64,000 nt of DNA, taken from assembly GCA_033763315.1 (NCBI GenBank), contig JANRKS010000007.1, forward strand, positions 122,073 to 186,072. Reading direction: 5' to 3'. Numbering within the stretch: position 1 is the first letter of the stretch; every line of letters begins with the position of its first letter. The notes beneath the pieces are model-generated. The model saw only the letters and a list, made by a program, of their open reading frames with translations. It made no database searches and was not told the origin of the DNA. This document shows positions 59,693-64,000 of this stretch, in pieces. A program made the position numbers and the translations under genes. The DNA is from Deltaproteobacteria bacterium (GTDB lineage Bacteria > Myxococcota_A > Polyangia > Fen-1088).

Positions 59693-60695
59693 ATGTTAAG
59701 AAATCGAGGATGCGCCGGCTGCGGGCTGGCACGTGGCCCATGCCGCAGGCGAACCCAAACATCGAATCATCCTTTTCACCAGGCAGCCATTCGATGTCCA
59801 AGCCACACCCGTTTGCTTGAGCCCAACGGCTTCCCGCAATACGGCGGTGGCAGAGCGCCATGCGCGAGGCCTCCGCCACGAGATGCGTCAGCCTGCCGCG
59901 TTCACTGCCCTGCGCGGCATAACTTTGTGCAAGCAGCGACGCGGCTGCCGCTAGAACCACATCGGCAAGCTGTGGGTTGGTTGCAACTTCGTTGGCTGTG
60001 ATCGCCTGCGCCTTGAGAAACGTGTTCGCTCCGTTGTGGGTGCCCAGCTTGTTTCTTGCCTGATCCGCGCGCACCAGAAGCGCATCTTTGGATGGAGTCA
60101 AGCCTTTGTTCAGCAACTCTGTCAGTAAGCGAATTCGCAAAGAGATGAGCTCATCTTGTTTACGCTCCCGACGTGCGAATGCCGGGGCCCAGTCCTTCTC
60201 TGAACTATCACCTTCCAGCTCCACATCGTATGGGTCTGGTAAGGTGACATCAAGGTTTGTGGTGCGGGCAGGCAAGGCTTCAGTTTCGATGAGCACCATC
60301 AACGGATCGTTCGACGATGGCGGTGTTTGTGGTGCCAATCTGTTGATCGCGAACATCGGAGCACAAACAACCTCGCACAAACCGAGCAAGGCCAACGCTT
60401 CATCCCCGCCGTGGTTCAGCAACTCGCCGAACGCGTGAGCGCGCCCCCAATCGTGTTCTTTCGCAACGAAAACCAGCAGCGGCTTTCCCACTGCGGCTGC
60501 GCGTGCAAAGGCGGCTGAAAGAAGCTGGTCCCAACGCAGTGCTTGCATAAATGCCCGCGCTGGCTTTGCCTTGCCGCCAGGGCAGGCCTCATCAGCAAAC
60601 GCTGCTCGAATCCAAATCGGAATCGCCAGCGCCGCCGCCGACTTAACAAACGCGCGGCGTGCAGCATGCCTTCCAAGTCGCTCCCTAGCCTTCAT
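59658..60695 (-). CDS. hypothetical exported protein with twin-arginine (Tat) signal
   Basis: N-terminal AARRAFVKSAAALAIPIW fits S/T-RRxFLK plus hydrophobic core; 35-nt overlap with downstream lipoprotein ORF. Confidence 0.5.
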   Translation of the reverse strand: MKARERLGRHAARRAFVKSAAALAIPIWIRAAFADEACPGGKAKPARAFMQALRWDQLLSAAFARAAAVGKPLLVFVAKEHDWGRAHAFGELLNHGGDEALALLGLCEVVCAPMFAINRLAPQTPPSSNDPLMVLIETEALPARTTNLDVTLPDPYDVELEGDSSEKDWAPAFARRERKQDELISLRIRLLTELLNKGLTPSKDALLVRADQARNKLGTHNGANTFLKAQAITANEVATNPQLADVVLAAAASLLAQSYAAQGSERGRLTHLVAEASRMALCHRRIAGSRWAQANGCGLDIEWLPGEKDDSMFGFACGMGHVPARSRRILDFLTFDSQDERGTNE

Positions 60696-60872
60696 AGTGA
60701 CCTCCGGTGAACGGGCCTACAATAGTGAAGAGACAACCGTTCGACCCTTCGGTTTCACTAGAAGGTCAAAATATGAGGAGCTACGATGGGCCTTTAATCG
60801 CTGGTGGCGGCCTCGTCAGTGGCAGTGCTGTTCGCACGCGATGGATATGGAGGGGTGCTGGAGGCACGGCGC

Positions 60873-60976
60873 CGGCAGGGTGAAATGAAATCCGTCCCAA
60901 GACCGACGGTATCAATTGAAACGAGTGCATCGCGCGCCCAGGTCGGCGACGTTCAGAACCCGCGCCGTTCGATCGG
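60873..60976. repeat. copy 2 of the ~105-bp repeated element
   Basis: aligns with 52692-52800 in the same orientation. Confidence 0.6.
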
Positions 60977-61282
60977 CGCAACTGAAGCTCGCCAAACCTT
61001 GCCACCCGGCCTTGCTTTGGCCCGAGCCCTCTGATCGCATGACGTACACCGAACTTCTATGGACATGCTGTTTCTGGTGCCTCTCTCGACCAGGAACTCG
61101 TCTTCGCCGCAGCGCAAGCAATCCTCAAGCTCATGATGTTGCTCCAGCTGCTCCCCAAGGGCTCGCCAGGGCGCGATGCCGGCACGAAGCGATCTTTGAC
61201 GTCCCACGGGGATCGCGCCGATCCCATTTTGGGCTTGTAAGTGCGGCAATTGGGCCGTGCGCTTGTAGGCATGGCCAATGCA

Positions 61283-61957
61283 ATGAAAAGCAGCATGAAA
61301 CGCATCGAAGCTCTTTTAATCGCCCTGTTATCATTCCCCTTGGTGGCTGCGGACGGCGGAGGCGGTTGCGGCGAGCATCAACCTGGAAATGGCGACTCAA
61401 GGACGTGGACCACCGGTGTGCTTCCGCAGGCGGAAGGCACGCCGCAACCAATGTCAGCACCGTGGCTCAGTGGACCCAATTGCTGGAAGGATTTAGTGGC
61501 TGCGGCTCAAGCTTGTCTGCGCACCCCGCAGGCCTTCGGCGCTTTTGATGAGCGTCGCCAAACATGCAGTCTTTCTGGCGGTGGTCGACTGGAATTGGCA
61601 GGGCCGATCTCGACGCCCGCCGAGGATTCTAGAATCTATGTCGCGACCGATTGGCGCCTGTGGGGACCGCACGGGCGTGTATGTGTCACGGGAAAGCTAT
61701 TGGCGGCCAATCGTTCGGTGGTAGACGTCGAGGGAAAGTCCGCGTTGTTTGAAAGTTCCACACTGACGGCGTACGGTGTGACGTGCCCGGACGGACGTAC
61801 GTTCCGAAATGACATCGACGGAGTGGATCCCACTTTCGGCGCGTTGTGGCTTGCTGGAAGGGCACCAGGGGTGGTGTTCGAGTGCAAAGGCAAGACCTGT
61901 ACGATGAGTCTAAAGGGCGGCGCGGCAGGGGATACGCCCATCGCCTCGTGCCAATGA
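61283..61957 (+). CDS. secreted hypothetical protein with several Cys
   Basis: signal peptide MKSSMKRIEALLIALLSFPLVAADG; no recognised domain. Confidence 0.45.
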   Translation: MKSSMKRIEALLIALLSFPLVAADGGGGCGEHQPGNGDSRTWTTGVLPQAEGTPQPMSAPWLSGPNCWKDLVAAAQACLRTPQAFGAFDERRQTCSLSGGGRLELAGPISTPAEDSRIYVATDWRLWGPHGRVCVTGKLLAANRSVVDVEGKSALFESSTLTAYGVTCPDGRTFRNDIDGVDPTFGALWLAGRAPGVVFECKGKTCTMSLKGGAAGDTPIASCQ

Positions 61958-62208
61958 GGGGCGGCCCCGGCCGCTTGTTGCGGGTCTTGCATCATTTGAT
62001 TGTTGCGGTGGTTGCAGGCGCGACGGAGATGGACTGCGCATCACAACTGCCAAATGGGCCACGAGCGTCGCATTTGCCAATCTGCCAAGCATGATTCGCC
62101 ATTGATGATAGCAGCGCGACGCAGGCGTATTTTTTGTGCTCACTATCTGGTCAGAACTGACTAGGCAAACGCACGGGCTTAGCAACGGCCCCTGCTAACA
62201 TTATTTGG

Positions 62209-63276
62209 GTGCCACACGCAGTTCCCCGCGCACTTGTTCACTTCCACATATACCTTGCGTTCTTGGTTGCTTGCTCGTCAGGACCCAACGAACAAAGCGA
62301 GGATCATCCAATAGACGACGCGTCCGACGACAACGGCGGGTCGATGGCTTCAGCCGGGGGCGCGGCCGGCCCACGGAACAGCGCTGGGGTTTCGGGGCAA
62401 GAGGGTGGAGACGGTGGGCACGCTGCAAGTGGTGGCGCTGCTGGTGCCAGTGGGATCATCGGAACGGGCGGCAACCCAGGCTCAGGGGGAGCAACCGCCA
62501 ACACGGGCGGCCTGGCCGGGGGCTCAACACAAGCCCCCTGGCTAACGTTGCCGGCGCGAAGCGTGGGTTGTGGAAAGGCTGCCAAGGGCACCGGATCCTA
62601 TGTGCGCCAAGATATGCAAGTCGCGGCTAAGGCCCGGGCAAACTTTCTTTGGCTTCCCTTAAATTACGACCCCACCAAAGCGCATGAGCTTCTAATTTCA
62701 CTACATGGGACGGGCGGCGTGGCGCCGGGCGATGGCAAAGGGATCGAAACTGCGGCGGGCAACGAAGCCATCATCATGACACCGCAAGGTATTGATGGGA
62801 TGTGGCAGCTGGGCGCTGACGGAGAAGACGTTGCGTTCTTTGATGCAATGTATGCTTTTGCAACCGAGAACTTCTGCGTGAATCAGCAGCGTGTGTTTGT
62901 TACAGGCTTTAGCCTGGGTGCAGCGATGTCGAATTTGTTGGGCTGTGTTCGCGGCGACAAAATTCGCGGCATTGGTCCCCTTGCGGGATGGCAACCTGCA
63001 CGACAAACGGATTGCCGTGGGCGGCCCGCCGCATGGTTTGCGCATGGAACGTCGGATGGCGCCGTTCCCATCGTTCAAGGAACGCGTTCCCTCGGTTTGC
63101 AGATGGTCCGCAACGGATGTGAAGCGGCCACCGCGCCAACGCCGCCGTCGCCTTGTGTTGCTCAACAGGGCTGCGATACGGGATCACCTGTTGTGTGGTG
63201 TGAAATTCCCGGAGATCACGGCACCCCTATTGAATGGTCGGTGCCCGCGCTGTGGAAATTTTTCGCCGCCCTATAG
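62209..63276 (+). CDS. lipoprotein with Gly-rich linker and PHB-depolymerase/esterase-family alpha/beta hydrolase domain
   Basis: GTG 62209; lipobox LVACSSG; Gly/Ala/Ser-rich linker; ISLHGTGG and TGFSLGAAMS nucleophile elbow. Confidence 0.65.
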   Translation: MPHAVPRALVHFHIYLAFLVACSSGPNEQSEDHPIDDASDDNGGSMASAGGAAGPRNSAGVSGQEGGDGGHAASGGAAGASGIIGTGGNPGSGGATANTGGLAGGSTQAPWLTLPARSVGCGKAAKGTGSYVRQDMQVAAKARANFLWLPLNYDPTKAHELLISLHGTGGVAPGDGKGIETAAGNEAIIMTPQGIDGMWQLGADGEDVAFFDAMYAFATENFCVNQQRVFVTGFSLGAAMSNLLGCVRGDKIRGIGPLAGWQPARQTDCRGRPAAWFAHGTSDGAVPIVQGTRSLGLQMVRNGCEAATAPTPPSPCVAQQGCDTGSPVVWCEIPGDHGTPIEWSVPALWKFFAAL

Positions 63277-63860
63277 CGATCCATGCGGAAGCGACGCTAT
63301 GTTGAAGGTTTTCGTTTCAGAGCAAACCACCTGCCCGTCCTTATGGAGCTTCACCGTGGTGCCATCGTGGCGATCAAGGCGAGCAACCAAAGTGCAAAGG
63401 TGTTGCGCTGCATGAGGAAACCGCAGTGTTGGGCGTAGGTCGCTTCGCCATAGTGAAGTGGCCGCCGATCATGGGCTGCGTCCACCGCAGCCTCGTACTC
63501 ATCCACGATTTGTGCGGTTCGCGCGAGGGTGCATGTGATCAGCAACGCACGCCCGCCTTAGGCGGTGACCACCACAGTGAAGCCCTTTCGGCAGCGGGGC
63601 CAGGCACTTATTTCGTTGGCTCCCCCGACTTTCGTGCCGAGTTGCGCCGCAGGTTCGCCGGGATCCGCAACCTTCCTATGTCGTGACAGGCAACGCTGCC
63701 GTGCCTGGCACCAGGTTGTTTCAACTTGGCAAGCCTTGGGAACATCAGGGGAAGATCCAAAAACGTCTCCGTTCTTGTCGCTGTGGTCAAAAGCGCCGAA
63801 TCGCGCCGCATGTGATTAGGCAGCGTGGTTGCGGCACCGGTCGGAACGGAAGGAGACAAC

Positions 63861-64000
63861 ATGGTACTTGCGAGGTTGAAGGCTTTAGCGAAGGTTGTTT
63901 CGCTGGCGGCGTTGCTATCCCCCATAGGTTGCGGGGACCAGCCGAGGCAAACGCCCGGCCAACCCGGCGAAACAGCTGCGTTGGCGTTGGCTCTGACGTT
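63861..64000 (+). CDS. 5' fragment of a lipoprotein gene running off the window
   Basis: GGAGACAAC-ATG; MVLARLKALAKVVSLAALLSPIGCGDQP lipobox; only 46 codons visible. Confidence 0.3.
   Translation, partial: MVLARLKALAKVVSLAALLSPIGCGDQPRQTPGQPGETAALALALT

Noticed and set aside
1-64000. CRISPR arrays, rRNA genes, prophage or integrase genes
   Set aside because: No short regularly spaced direct repeats, no rRNA-like conserved stretches and no integrase/recombinase-like ORF seen anywhere in the window

Overview
High-GC (~65%) bacterial chromosomal segment, probably from a myxobacterium. Evidence for that is the Myxococcus-type cysteine-rich repeat proteins, the many lipoproteins, frequent ATGA stop/start coupling and a Myxococcus-like LexA box. 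Most of the window is core or metabolic genes: a GGDEF cyclase, a LexA-box-preceded dnaE2, a four-gene gamma-glutamylation amine catabolic operon (GS-like synthetase, Fe-ADH, PuuD-like hydrolase, aldehyde dehydrogenase), rRNA modification enzymes, katE, a UbiD-family decarboxylase, glgB plus a GH57 gene, a TetR-family regulator, an SDR oxidoreductase and a NUDIX gene next to a tandem-fused double UvrA. Two accessory regions stand out. The first is a lower-GC (~52-58%) island at about 12.7-23.3 kb. It holds a two-gene module (a Panacea/SocA-like domain fused to DUF488, followed by a 274-aa unknown, with a G9 tract in the intergenic RBS) and a translationally coupled three-gene operon of unknowns (482 aa, ~840 aa with a glycine-zipper membrane segment, and an RCC1-repeat lipoprotein). 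The second is an ~8-kb segment at 52.7-60.9 kb bracketed by two ~105-bp direct repeats. It contains two low-GC paralogous FG-GAP/VCBS propeller proteins, a truncated IS66-family remnant, and a DUF692 (MNIO) enzyme gene coupled to a lipoprotein, a Tat-signal protein and a small downstream partner, with no obvious short precursor peptide. No rRNA, tRNA or CRISPR was recognised. Domain calls rest on motifs read by eye and were not checked against any database.
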